DNA of 64,000 bases from Blastocladiella emersonii ATCC 22665 (taxonomy: Eukaryota; Fungi; Blastocladiomycota). A program made the position numbers and the translations under genes. The number at the start of each line of letters is the position of its first letter. The first letter of the stretch is position 1. The notes under the pieces were generated by a model. The model was not told where the DNA came from. It did not search any database and worked only from the letters and a program-made list of their open reading frames with translations. The stretch spans positions 1,426,001 to 1,490,000 of the forward strand of contig JANHCV010000009.1 in the NCBI GenBank assembly GCA_025594325.1. The letters run 5' to 3'. Of this stretch, positions 11,336-23,543 are shown one piece after another.

Positions 11336-13383
11336 TCAGCGGCCAAGCTCGGCGAGCAGGTCCGTGCGCTGGAGGATTTCGGCGACCGCTTGATCCGAGC
11401 ACACCAAATGATTGCACGGAGGCTTGCACGCATCCTCTTGCGGTGCGTTTTTGCCCAATCCTTCGCGGAAGCGAACGACTGCAAAGTGCTCCACAACGTC
11501 CTGCGCGTTGGGAAACGGCATTCGGCGCGTGCGCCGGCAGTTGATGGCCAGCAGCTCGCGAATGGTATCGAGCCACACACGCTGCTTGTCGAGCGAGCAC
11601 TCGCCGCAAGTCTCGGCGAGCGGATCGGCCAGCGGAAGGCGGTGGTGACCAACGTGGCCCTTGGCCTGCGCCCAAAGCATCGCGCCCAGGAACAAGCTGG
11701 CGGTCCCCTGCGCCGCCACGTGTTTGGCAGCTGCTTTGCGGAGGGAGGGATCCTGGAGCACCGCGACCGGAATCCACGCAATTGAAGCAAGGGTCGTGGA
11801 ACACGGGCGATGACGGAGCGCTTCAGTCGCCACGAGGTAAACGTCCCACAGGTTCGTCTCGAGATCGCTCGAAAAGATGTCCGCGATCTTGCGCGACTTA
11901 CGGTCGTCATACCAGTCATTCATGTCATCCAGGGTCGACAGGAACGAGGGAACCAAGTCGAGGAACAACGCGGGTCGATGGTGGCGAGCAAATTTCATCA
12001 CCCGTTGCGGGCTCAAGGAAGGGCAACGACTGATTGAAAATACTAGATGGCGGACGAGCGAGGGTAGTGAGTGATTCCATTTCCGTGTGGTCCAGCCAGC
12101 TCGACAAAGAAACGCGTACCATCAATTACGACTTCTTCGAACCAATTGCCAAGGTTCCAGCCCACGTGCGTTGCCAACGGACCCAAAGGCCCACCATGGC
12201 TTTTGCCAAGTGCAATGCAAAGGATGCGCTTCCACGCATCGATATCAAGAAGATCAAACTTACTCCATGCGAAAGCGACATCAAGGCTGAGCGGTACGTC
12301 GCTGCTGCAGATCGTATTGGAGAATTGTGTGCGCTCCGTGTTGGTAATGGCAATGTCCAAACGACGAGGGATAAGCCGGGACAGCTCGCAAAAGACCGCG
12401 GGGCAATCTGCGAGGTAGGTTACGAGGTGCCGACCGCCAAACCACACGCGGTTGTTGCGCCACGAGTGGGACAGTAGCCACTGGAGCGTGTCGATGATGT
12501 TCTGCGTTGGAGTTTCTTTGTTGCAGGGAATGTCATTTAGGATAGCGACCGCAAAGTCGTCGCGGTTGAAAGTCTTGGCGAGCCGCTGCTTATCGAACCC
12601 AGGGAGCGCGGTCAGGGCAGGAAGCTGGCACCTGAAGATGGCAAGGATGCCCAGGAAATCGACGAGCCGCACATGCATCCGTCGACCACAGCGGCCCAAT
12701 GTCGCACTGGCACGCAGGGACTGCCTCCGCCAGGCATCGACCGGCAGCCGCATCAGAAAAAGCCGGGGGACGCGCTTGAGCGCAAAGGACACGAGCGAAG
12801 CAACAGACCGGTAATCAAGCCGTAATGCAGCAATGATCAAGAGCTGGCAAACGAGTAAAGCGGGCGACGGCGTGCATTCGTCGACGACAGCGCCGTCAAT
12901 AGTCGCTTCGAGCTCGGTAGCGAGCGCGTTGAGATCGGCTCCGTGAGAATGCAAGCTGCTGCGCGCCGAGGGAAGAATCCGGACGAGAACCGCGTGGAAT
13001 AACGACACAACAGGGTTGTAATGAGGATCGCCAGGATTCGTTTGGTATCTGCTGCCCTTGTGGACAAACTCCAGAAGCGCACTGCTGCCAGACGTAAGGA
13101 TGCAGGGTTGATCATGGAAGGAGATGTCAGAACCGTTCGAGTCGGCCGAGTCGTCAAGATAGTCCGAGTCGACAGCAGGCACACCACGAGCGAGCAGCGG
13201 ATCGATCCAGGTGCGGTTAACAATCAGGGTCTGAGCGGCAGAGTACGCTTCGCGTGCTGAGGCGCAGAGAGCGGAACGCGGCCGCGCGAGCTGGAACACG
13301 CGCGCAAAAACTTCGAGGGGAAGATCCGTGAGGCGGAAGAGATGGCCTTGCGGCATTGCTGAGTGTAATCCGTTGAGGTGCAT
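11336..13383 (-). CDS. F-box-like family B protein (intron 12043-12119), probably truncated at the C-terminus
   Basis: The N-terminus has LTDLPLEVFARVFQLA. Splicing at gtacgc...ctag joins ORF 12043-13383 in frame to ORF 11336-12016. The C-terminal half aligns with 45061-45987 and 54027-55055 but stops earlier. Confidence 0.7.
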
Positions 13384-14559
13384 GGTGGTGGCTGTGTTGT
13401 ATTGGCGAGAGAACGAAGGGAGGCGAGACCCACTGCGCTTTTGAGCGCCAGGAGGGTGAACAGCTCGTTTTACTGTTCACGTCGATCCCGAGGGTATAGC
13501 TCACGCGTATCCCGCGTATACTGTTCATTCGTATCCCGCGGGTGGCGCGACGCGACTGAGTCCCACCCGACTCACACCGTCGCGCTTTCGAGTCACTCCA
13601 TACTGCAATGAAACGCGGGCAGTAAGCTGACGCCGATCAACGCACTGAAAGGTTGAGGTTTTGGACGGGATGGGTCAAAGCAGACTCCATGTCGTCGCCG
13701 AGCAGATTTGCAGCGATGGTTGAAAGCGAGCCCGACGGTCCGCGAGTCCAATCGTTCCCATCGAGGTCTCCGTGATCACACAGAAGCTCTAGCACTTTGC
13801 GGCTGACGGAAATGAGTGAGCAAGGCAGGACCGGTTGCACAACCGCTAACACTCGTCAATACGCTTCAACTCATAATCGAGAAAGTGTTGAAGCGCGCGA
13901 GGAAAGCGAGAGTGTTTGATTACGAGCGGCATCAGCTGCAGCACGCAGTTCAGTAGCTCGACTAGAAGCATGTCATTATTTGGGCGCTTGTTCCATTGCA
14001 GCAAGATTTGTTCATTGGTTTCACTCATGGTTGGTGGTATTCGCGTCAGCGGGGAGCGACTGAAGGCGAACGCGGGCTCGAAAGTGTTGGGAACGGCGAG
14101 TGGCGCACGTCACATGTGTGGCGCAGCGCGAAGCAACGTGGAGTTGGTGCCGCCTTTGTCGTTTGCCTTGATTATTCGCCCCAAAGGGTTGCTGGAAAAA
14201 TTAACTGGTGGTTATATTGTCATTTTCAAAAACCGTCTGAAGCTCCGCGGCTAGGGCAATGGTGCGGACAATTCGTCGTTCCAGCACTCAGTGACCAAGT
14301 GCTGCAAAGATGTCGGTACGCTTCAATAGTCGAGCGGCCTCAATGCAAGGGCCTTTCAGCTGCTTGCAATGAGATTCGCACACAACATTCCTCTGCGTGG
14401 AACAACTATCGGTCAAACTGCTCTCGGACACGGATGACAGCGGCGAGTGGGTGACGGCGGCGGACGCCTCGAGTTCGCGGAATGTAGCGGCCGTGACCTG
14501 GCCCCTGCTGCGCGCAGCGCCGTCGTGGTCGGTTCCTGTGAGCCCGGCGCGGTCGCTGC

Positions 14560-15800
14560 ACTTTGATCGGGCAAGACCATGTCCATCCCGCTGTCGCCGC
14601 CGCGCAGTAGCGGTAGCGGCGTGCGCGGGAGTGACGCGTAACCTGCGCCACGCCATCAACTTCGCCCTCGTCCTCGCCACCTTCGACGGCAACCAGATCA
14701 CCGCCGTGTTGCACGACGAGATTGCGGACCGCTTCCACGGAGCCGCCGCGACGTGAACCGACTTCTCGGACACGTTCGTCACGTCCCGACGCGCTTTCTT
14801 TGAGAACGTGGTCGTGGCGTGTCGCCGCGCGAGCTCGGCCGCCCCGCCGAGGCGCCTGGCCACGTCGACAACCTGTTCCACATCACGCGCTAACAGCTCG
14901 ACTTCTTCATCGCGTCGTCGGAGCGCAAGTACGGGAAGTAGCTCGTCGATCCTGGCTCGGCCGTCGGCGCGTTGTCAATTGGCGAGCTGGGTACCCAAAA
15001 GACGCTTCGGACCCTCGACCACACCGGGTACGGGTCCATGATCGTGACGGTCGGCGTGCCGCGCCTCAGGGAGCTGATCAACGCGGCCAAGCTCATCATC
15101 GGCACGCCCGTGATCTCGGCCCGGCTCGAGAACCCCGACCTCAAAATCGTGGCGGGCATCATCAAGGGCCAGATGAACAAGTCACTCCTCGGCAACGCGA
15201 CGCACTGTCCATCACGTAGGTCATCCAGCCGACGGACCTGTCGTAAACGTGCCCCGAGCTCGACATGCAGGTCATCCACAAGCTGCTGCTCGGGCGGTAC
15301 GCGGCGACTGCTCGCGACTAAGGGCCTCAAGCTGACGGGCAAGCAGGTCATGGTCCCGCCGCAGCCGCGCGGCTGCCTGTTCGCGTCGAGGCTCAAAGAG
15401 ATCGGCAAGGTCAAGCGGCGGCTGCCGTTGATGCTCATCAACGGGTACACGGGTGTCGACCACGTCTCCGCCTCGTACGAGAACGCGGGCGGCACGCTCA
15501 ATCGGTTCGTCGAGGGGTACGGCCTGCGCCAGGTCGTGTCCGCGGACAGCGTCCTCAGCACCGAGACCACGTCCAACCACGCGGCCGAGATCGAGAGCGT
15601 GCTCGCCATCGAGTCGGCGCGCAACACCATCATGCGCGAGGTCCAGGACACGATGCTGCGGCGCAGCACGGCCATCGACCCGCGCCACCTCCGGCTGCTC
15701 GCCAACGCCACGACCTACACGGGCGAGGTACTCGAGATCACGCATTTCGGGGCGTCCAAGCCCGCGACAGGCGAGCCGCTCCCGCTCGACGTACCCGAGA
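14560..15800 (+). pseudogene. RPC1: Fragment of the RNA polymerase III largest subunit (C-terminal part) with in-frame stops and deletions
   Basis: [13 protein letters not shown]...[16 protein letters not shown], then VEGYGLRQV...[25 protein letters not shown]...IDPRHLRLL...[12 protein letters not shown]. These match the RPC1 motifs SIGEPGTQMTLKTF, GVPRIKEIINA, VEGYGL and DPRHIQLL. TAA and TAG stops lie at ~14890-14940. Confidence 0.85.
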
Positions 15801-17989
15801 TGCGCGCTGCTGCGGGCCGGGTCGCGAACCCATGATCGCCTTTGGCGCGGTCCGTTCGTTGGTCGTGATCGGTATACCGAGTGTCTGTGTGCGAGTGAGA
15901 TTTGCGTGCGTACATGATTCCGCGCTCAAATTACGAGGATTCGGTCCCATGCGATGTCAATGTTGTCTCGCTCGTCGACTCGCGTCCCTCCACGGGCTGC
16001 GGCCGCTCCGGATCGTGGCCTTGCGCGGCTGACGGTGCTGGACGTGGCATGTGTTTCGCGCTGACAGTAGCCGTGAGGTTCACGGGCGGCAAGAGCGCAG
16101 TTTGCTCACGGGACGACGAGGTTATGCAGGACTCAAGAGAGATCTGAACGCGCAGGAAAGGGACACACAGGGATAGGAACATGTCGCTGCGACGGATGGG
16201 CGATTGTATGCTTACGCGAAACATGCGGTGCGTCGTCGCGAGGGCGCGAGCGAGCAGACGGCGGACTGAAACCGGGCGACGAGGAAATGCTTGATGAGCC
16301 GCTTAACCGCGGCGATGGCGGCGAGGCGGCTCGGACGGGCCGAGGATGGCGAGTGGTCGTCGCTGCGGGCTTGCGGAACTCGCCGAGCGTGCCGGACTTG
16401 AGGAACTTGGGGTCCGAGGCAGGACAGCGCCCGCGACGGGCGAGTACCTTGGACTTGTTGCGGCGGCTCACAGGCACGGTCGGATCCGACTTGGACGGCT
16501 CGGGCCCGATGCCGCCGTGCACAACGTGAAGGACGGCGACGACAGATGGTCGGACGCGAGGATCTTGGTCGCCGAGTATATCACCCTGAACAACGACGCG
16601 CGGCAGTGAGTGCCCGAGCAGCGCGCACCTGCGCCGACCGACATACCTTGATCCAGTCGATGGACACACGCGGCCACGGTCGAGGTTGATCGATCGGGAT
16701 CCCACGCGAGCGCGAGCGCGGCGGCGCGGCGGACGAGTGTACGCGGTGCAGCAGCACATGCGTGACAGGGGGCGGCGGTTGTGGACGACAGGAGGGTTCA
16801 AGTATGGTCATTGCCACCCCGGGCCGTAGGCATCCATAACCAGGGCCGTCCTCCGTCCCGTACTTGGCCGCCCCCACCGTTCACCATCCCTTTGTTAGTC
16901 CTTCCGGCGAGTTCCAGCCTTGCCCGCCACGTTGGATGCCGCCGCGACGTGTCTCGCGTGAATGAGCGCACGAAGGGGCCCGTCCGTGGCAGGTGCCGGA
17001 GGCAGCACGAAGCCGCCCCTCGCTTCCAGGAACTAGGGCCGGGTGGCTAGTAGGCCTGCAACCGGTGTACACGTACGCCGCGCCGCACTACGCACCATGG
17101 ACACGCAGTTGTAGTCGACTTGTGCTCGAGAAGGTCAATGGACTAGTACATGGACTACGGGACGAAGACGAGAATCGCGGCCGCCCGGCGGAGATGGCGG
17201 GTGACGGGTTACTGCAGCCTGGATCGACCGGCGTGCGAGCGCGTGCCGTGAACCGTCGTCAAATTCCGGTCGTTCTCGAGCGACCCGGCGCGAACTTCAG
17301 CGACGCAGCGCCCGGAGCTCGAGGCCGAAGTAGCCTTGAGATCGGCTTGGTTGATGTCATGGAAGCGCAGGAGCGAGCGCGTTTCGGGATGCTCTGCATA
17401 CGGCGGCGGTGAGGGAATACATTGCATGGAGGGCCGGGAGCGGGCGGTGTGGGCATCCCGCCAAGCAAAGTACCGCAGCCGGCGCGAGCGAGCGAGCGAA
17501 ATCAGTGTGGTGCATCAGCTGCAATCAGGTGGGAGAAGACGCGCGAGCTGCCACAAAGCCAGGGGTGACGAAGCACCCCTGGACGAAGCGAGGGAGACGC
17601 GCGGGACGAGGACGCGTCGCGCCGTCACGTGTCGGGCGCGAGACAATTTCCCGGACGCGCGTTTTGGAAACACTTGGAGACATTTTCCCCTTGACACAAC
17701 AGTCATCTACTATCTTGGAGGGGCTCGCCGGCCACAAGGCGGTTATTTTACGGCGGCGGCCATGGATGACGCGTTGTGAACCTCGCGCCGCTGTTCGCTC
17801 AGTCGCGCTCTCTCGACACACCATAAATTCTCAATGAATCGGTCCATTGACCCACTTTAACTTGCTGCAACCTTATCTTCAAGCGCACCATGTTCGACCT
17901 CGACCCAGCCCTGACCAGCATCGCGCCACCGGCGGAGACCCGCACCGCGCCAAGCGAGCGGTTCGCCGGTTCGCCCACGACGCGATATC

Positions 17990-20046
17990 GTGCCGAAGGT
18001 GGTCGTGCAGACGCGCATGGGCGACCTCTCTCTGTCCAGTGACGAGCTCCAGGGACTCGCCAGCGACCTCGCTTTGAGCGGCCACACGTTCGCCGAGTCA
18101 CTCGTCGCCCACCGCGCCAATGACGTGCGCCGCGGACTCGACTTGTGGGAGTTGCTCGTCGACTTGACGCCGACCACGACCGCGGCACCGGGCAGCGAGC
18201 CGCGCTGGGTCTCGCGCGGTCCGCGACGTTGCGCAGCTGCTCGCCGATCTCGGGTACCGTACGCCGCCGATCGCGCGTCCGACATCCAGTGGTTACTCGC
18301 ACGCGACCGCGACCGCGCCCTCGCATCCCACGTCCTACGCGCCTGGATCCCGACATTCGATGAGGAGCGAAATTTTGCAGCGCTTCGACGACCGCGACAA
18401 TCTGCGTCAGCTCATGTGGCTCGATTGCCGCGCGCTGGAGTCGGCGGTGTTGGGTGAACCGGGCGTACCGCACATGTCGTACCAGGAAGACCTCAGCGAG
18501 TATGAAGGGCGGCTCATGACGCTTGCGAAATGCGGCCCGCTCCATTCCGAGTATTGGTGCCGTCTGCTGCTCTACTTTATCCGGACCAACTCCGTCACCA
18601 AGCTGCATTGGTTAGCGTCGTACCTCCCCCTGGATGACGACCAGTTCATTCTTGCCGATGGTACGCGCCTCGCTTGCTGCATGTGCTACTCTTGGCGAAA
18701 CTGACTTGATTCCCTGGCTTCAACTGCCCAGCTATCGAAATATCAATTCAGCAGCATGACCACCGCGACTTGATCAACCGCGACAAGGATGCATTTGACT
18801 CCGACCATAGCTCTACCGATGGCGCGAGTTTTCGAACCGATTTTGACGCAACTCCCAACGACCGCTCAACGTGCTCCGCAAGGCGACGTTCACACTCTCG
18901 TCCGCGAGGTGACTCTGATCATGCAGCTTGCCATGCGCCGCAACATTTCCGTGTCCTACTTGTTGAGTCCTTGGTTGCTTGCCTCATTGGGCCGGCTGAA
19001 AGCTCTCAATGACGTGAACGCCTTCATCAACAACTACAATGGCGCGTGCCGTGTGTTCAAGACCTTTGGCTTGGCGATCAGACGTCGCACCGTCAAGGGG
19101 CCACGTGTGGCCTATGATGCCGAGCTCGCAGTCCCGTACAGCCGCCTCCTTGGTGTGATTCTCCGTGACCCAAACGTTTCACCTAGCATGCTCGCCTATC
19201 TCGCTCGGAGTCCAAAGGATGAGGATGAAGATGAAGTTGAGGAACGCCCTCACGCGTTTTGGCACTTGTACCCGCTCCTGCTGCCTGACGTTCGCCACGG
19301 CGCTGGTCCCATGCCTCGCTGGGGTTTGAGCGCGTCGGGATATCTGGATGCGCTTCCTCGTGCCCATTTCACGAGCGAGGACTTGATCAACGCGCCGGAA
19401 ATCTCAATGTCGACGGGCGCGGAAGACCTGGAGGACGGGGATCCATCGCCGCAGATTCTGGCTCTCAATCCTCGGTCGCGCTCAAAGGAAATGCTTGCTT
19501 CGCCCCTTCCCGTCGACCTGCCTGACACCGCCACTTGGGCTCCGTGGCGGTATGCGCTCCACTGCAATGCTCAACAAGGTGTCGGGGTTTGAAATTACTG
19601 TTGAGTCGATCCCGGAAGCCGTCTGTCGCATGCTGTTCTCGCGTGAGGCGCTCTTTCGCGCTGACTTTCTCCGCTGCGGCGAACTTGTCAGCGGTGTACC
19701 CAGTCCCGGCACCGAGACGGCTTGGATCCTCCAGCAGCTTTATCGCGCTGCGCCCGCGGTCCTGATCAACGACCTGGTTTGTGCCAGTGTGACCAGTCCG
19801 TCCTGTGTGTGGAGAATGCTCCCACGCGGCGCTCTCGATGGCGTGCGCTCGCCCAAGTGGCTTCTTGCTGCCGCGGTCGTGATCATTGAGCAGTACTGCG
19901 ACGACGATGAAGAGTTGCTGCACGCGATGCTAGCCGACTTGTTCGCTGCGGCGGCAGAAACTGCTAAATCGACTGAGTTTCGCAACTTATTTCAAGCCGA
20001 GTGCGAGCTCCGCGCGCTTGACGTTTCGCGACTGCTTCCGCGTTAA
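17990..20046 (+). pseudogene. Family A member lacking its normal N-terminus (preceded by a copy of the 1850-2090 segment), with frameshifts
   Basis: ORFs 18360-18704, 18789-19592 and 19495-20046 align with 24800-26300 and 42300-43876 (GAGPMPRWGLSA; LPRGALDGVRSPKWLL). An extra A at ~19565 shifts the frame. Confidence 0.75.
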
Positions 20047-20338
20047 TAGATATACTCACGCGCAAAGTCGACTGACATATAACGGTTCATGGCATATATG
20101 AGCCGCTGGTCCCGGGACGATGGTGTCAATCAACGGGCCAGTTCTGCTCGTGCGAGAGTAGGCAACCGCCATTCGAGCAACTTGAGACGCGACGTAAAAT
20201 CATGTGACTGCGTGCAGTCATGTGACGCGTGAGAGTCGTGTTACGCGTCGCCAAACGCGCGGAGGGTCTCGGCCTCTCTTTTTCACCCAACCCCACTCCA
20301 TGAAACATATACCATTGATGTAGCTACTCAATGCAAAA

Positions 20339-23300
20339 ATGAAAGCTGAGCCCTTTATGCCGATCCGGGCCGGTTGCCTCGCCCGGCTCGCTGGCGCGAA
20401 CGACGGCGTCCCGCTCGACCCGTTCCGCAGCACCTACTCGAGCGACGTCTTTCTCTATCATGACGCCAGCGAGCCGGGCCGCTACCTCGACGCACTGCTG
20501 TGCGGGTTCCACGACTTGCGCGCTGTCGCTCAGACGCTGGCCGATGCCCAACGCAAGGGCTCTGTCGCGTCCATGTCCTTTTTGCTCAACGACGCTCGCG
20601 CCGAAATTGTTGCTCGTTCGCTCTTGATTATGCACGCGATCGCTCAAGAGCCGCAAATCGAGACCTCGTTGATTGGCCAGCTCTGGTGTTCTGCGCGTCT
20701 CGAGCCTGCCGCGCACGCTTTCTGGAAGGACCAGATGCTCAAGTGCATCGAATACGATTGGCTCAACTCGACCGGCCCAATTCGCGTCTTGGACGAAACC
20801 ACGCTGCAGGCGGTTCGGCACTGTTGGCGAGGGTGGCTGCTCCACGCGCCCGTTCACGCTCCGGTCGACGGCACGGCGGCTAGCCACGTCCAAGTTGAAA
20901 AAGGTGCTCCGACCGTCTCGGACCCCGACTCGATCTTGCATTTACGTTGCGAGGGCTCGCTCTTCTTGCTCAACTCGGGATGGCTGCGGCCCTCGGCTCA
21001 AAGCCGAATCCGAGGCGCCATTGACCGCCACGTCGCTGACAAGGTTTTCTTCGTCAAGTCGGACGACAAGCTCAAGTGCTCTATCGGCGACCTCGTCATC
21101 AATCCGACCTTCCTCGGAGTCCGCGCCGACGGCACAACCATGCCACTCTCCAAATCACTCCCTAGCCCGCTCACCGGCTTCTTTATTCCCGTTGATACCG
21201 GCATAAATCTCGAGGGCGCAATGCTTGATCAACTTCGCACTTGGCTCAACGCGCTCTTTGACTCATTCAACAAAGCTCGCTCAAGTGACCAGCCGCAACA
21301 CTCAGTAACCTTCGTCGTTGACGACGCGGTCCTGTTGCTTCAGCGGCTCATTTCCGATCCAGGCCGCCGATTTGACGTGGTTGACACGGCTTCACTGCTC
21401 GACACATGCGGTCTCGTCAACCTTGTCATCTACGGCGCCGTCCTCCTCAAGCCCAACTCAAAGTCGAACCGCGACCGCTCGCTCCTGCTCGCGTGCTCTC
21501 AAAGGCTCAATGAGCGGCGGATCTCGCCTGCGGACCTCACAACGGAGCTTCTACTTGTACCTCCTGCCGCGCATCCGGTCGTATTTGGCGTTTCGCTTCT
21601 CGAGTATCCCGGCGCGGAGGACTGGTGGTCCCAGATGCGACCCCACGCTTACTTCGACCGCCGACTCACTCGATACGGCGTGTCCATGCACATTCCCTTC
21701 ACTTTCGTGAAGGCGGAACCACCTGCCGTTCCCATGGCGCTCGCCAATGCCTCCGCAACAGGCTTGCTTTCAATGCTTGGCTTTGGGTTCAGCCAGTTTG
21801 GGAAAGGCCACCCTTGTACGGAGCTCCCTGGTACGGTTCTTGCTGTGAGCTTGCTCCGTCTGCGTCGTGCTGACTCTGCTCATTTGTGTAGCCTCGGCTC
21901 ATCCACGCACCGCGCACGTACCAATCATGCTTGCGTATGCTCAAGCCGCTGGTCGGATCACCGCTGCGTCCGCGCCTTTGACATCGCAGACGGAGCTGCC
22001 GCTTCCGTTCATTGCCTTCGATCTGTTCACCGAGACGCGGAGCTTCCTCAGTTCCGAGTGGACCGAGCTTATGGTTCAAGCTCAGCTCCACGGCTTCGAC
22101 CGCGGGGCTCTCCCCGCGCCTCCCAAGAAAATTGTCGAAAAGGGCTCGACTGCCAAGGCGAAAGCCTCGCACTTGTATCACGTCGACGCAACTTTTACGC
22201 TCTACGATGATGCCGACCTCCCGTCTCTTGCAACGCTTCTTCTCGTGATCGAACGGGGCTCGCGCGAGACGCCGCACCAATTCTATTGTCTCCACGCGAA
22301 GCATGGGCCCGGCAGGACCATCACAGTTTCGGTGCACGTCCCGCCCGAGTTCGTCGAGGACGACATCACCACGCTGCTTGTGCTGTACGCGAACCCGAGC
22401 GAAAACGGGAGTCCCAGCACTCCGTACAACCCTATTGCGCAATCCCCCTTGTACATGAACGACGCCGAGTTTGTGACTGCGACCAAGATCGAGGCAGCCG
22501 ATTACCGTGGCCCAATCCGCGACGCGATTGCTGCCGCTGCTCTCGAGCCACGCGCGCCGGCGCGTTGCTCTCTTCCAATCGTTGCAGTCAAAGAGTTGAA
22601 CATGTATGGGTGCGAAATCGTGCTCGGGCTGCCTCGTGCCGGCCGCATTCCACAGCTTTCCATTCCAGCGATTTTCATGCGCGGAGCTGCTGTTTTCTTT
22701 GTCGATGGGATGATCCAGTCGATCCAATTGGCCTACCCATGCCGCGTCGGGCGGATCGACGTGAACAAGCAGCAGCGCCGTGCGTCTGTGAAATGTGGGC
22801 CGACCCTCTCGTGTGTGGTTCCTTCCCTTGGACTTGGCGCGCTGGTTCCACGGGTTCCCACTCTGCATACGCTTGGAATCAACTTGACGCCGATTCTCAC
22901 CCACGTGGCCGAACAGTCGCTGGCCCTTATGCTCAAATGCGAGTTTCCGCCGAACGGGCAGGAACCGGTCCTCATGACCCCCAGAGGGAAGCCCACTGTC
23001 AAGTACTTCACCTTGGGGCTCAAATCGGTCGTGTCCAAGTTCTTTGGGGTGTTTGACGAGGCGGACTTGGCCAAGTCGTGCTTCTTCTTGACGCATGATC
23101 TCTCATCCGAAGCTTTCGCTGTTGTTTTCCCGCGCGTCTATCGCGTCCTGCCTCCGCACGGCAAGGCCTATGCACCGACGCCGGCCTTGGAAGCTGATGT
23201 GTTGCTTCTTTCGGACGAGCGCCGGTTTACGCCACAGCCAACGGACGGCACTTCTGTCCCGGTCCAGGAACCGCTGGTCGAAGCAGTGCGCGAGTATCTC

Positions 23301-23543
23301 GAGTTCTCGCTCGACTCGTATGCCGGACTCGCAACGACGCTTATATGGGTGGACCTCGCGGGTTGGAACCTGTCCGCGCAGACGCAGGAAAAGCTCTCTG
23401 CGATCCTGGAAGCGGGCATCGGATTGAAGCGCGCGATTTTTCTGCCGCTGTTCTCAAGCGCTGGGTATGGGATCTATCTCGAGCCCGCCAGCACGAAGCA
23501 GACGCTTCTCATGCAGCTCAATAACTACCGCTCCAGGGGGTGA
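20339..23543 (+). CDS. DUF4470-like domain protein (~1050 aa), intron 21831-21891
   Basis: The N-terminal LDALLCGFHDLRAV...FLLND...IVARSLLIM...LWCSARL pattern resembles DUF4470. The gtacgg...tgtag intron joins the two long ORFs in frame. Confidence 0.55.

Noticed and set aside
16260-16620. PKFLKSG as an EF-1alpha fragment
   Set aside because: Only 7 residues match, and the flanking sequence does not follow EF-1alpha.
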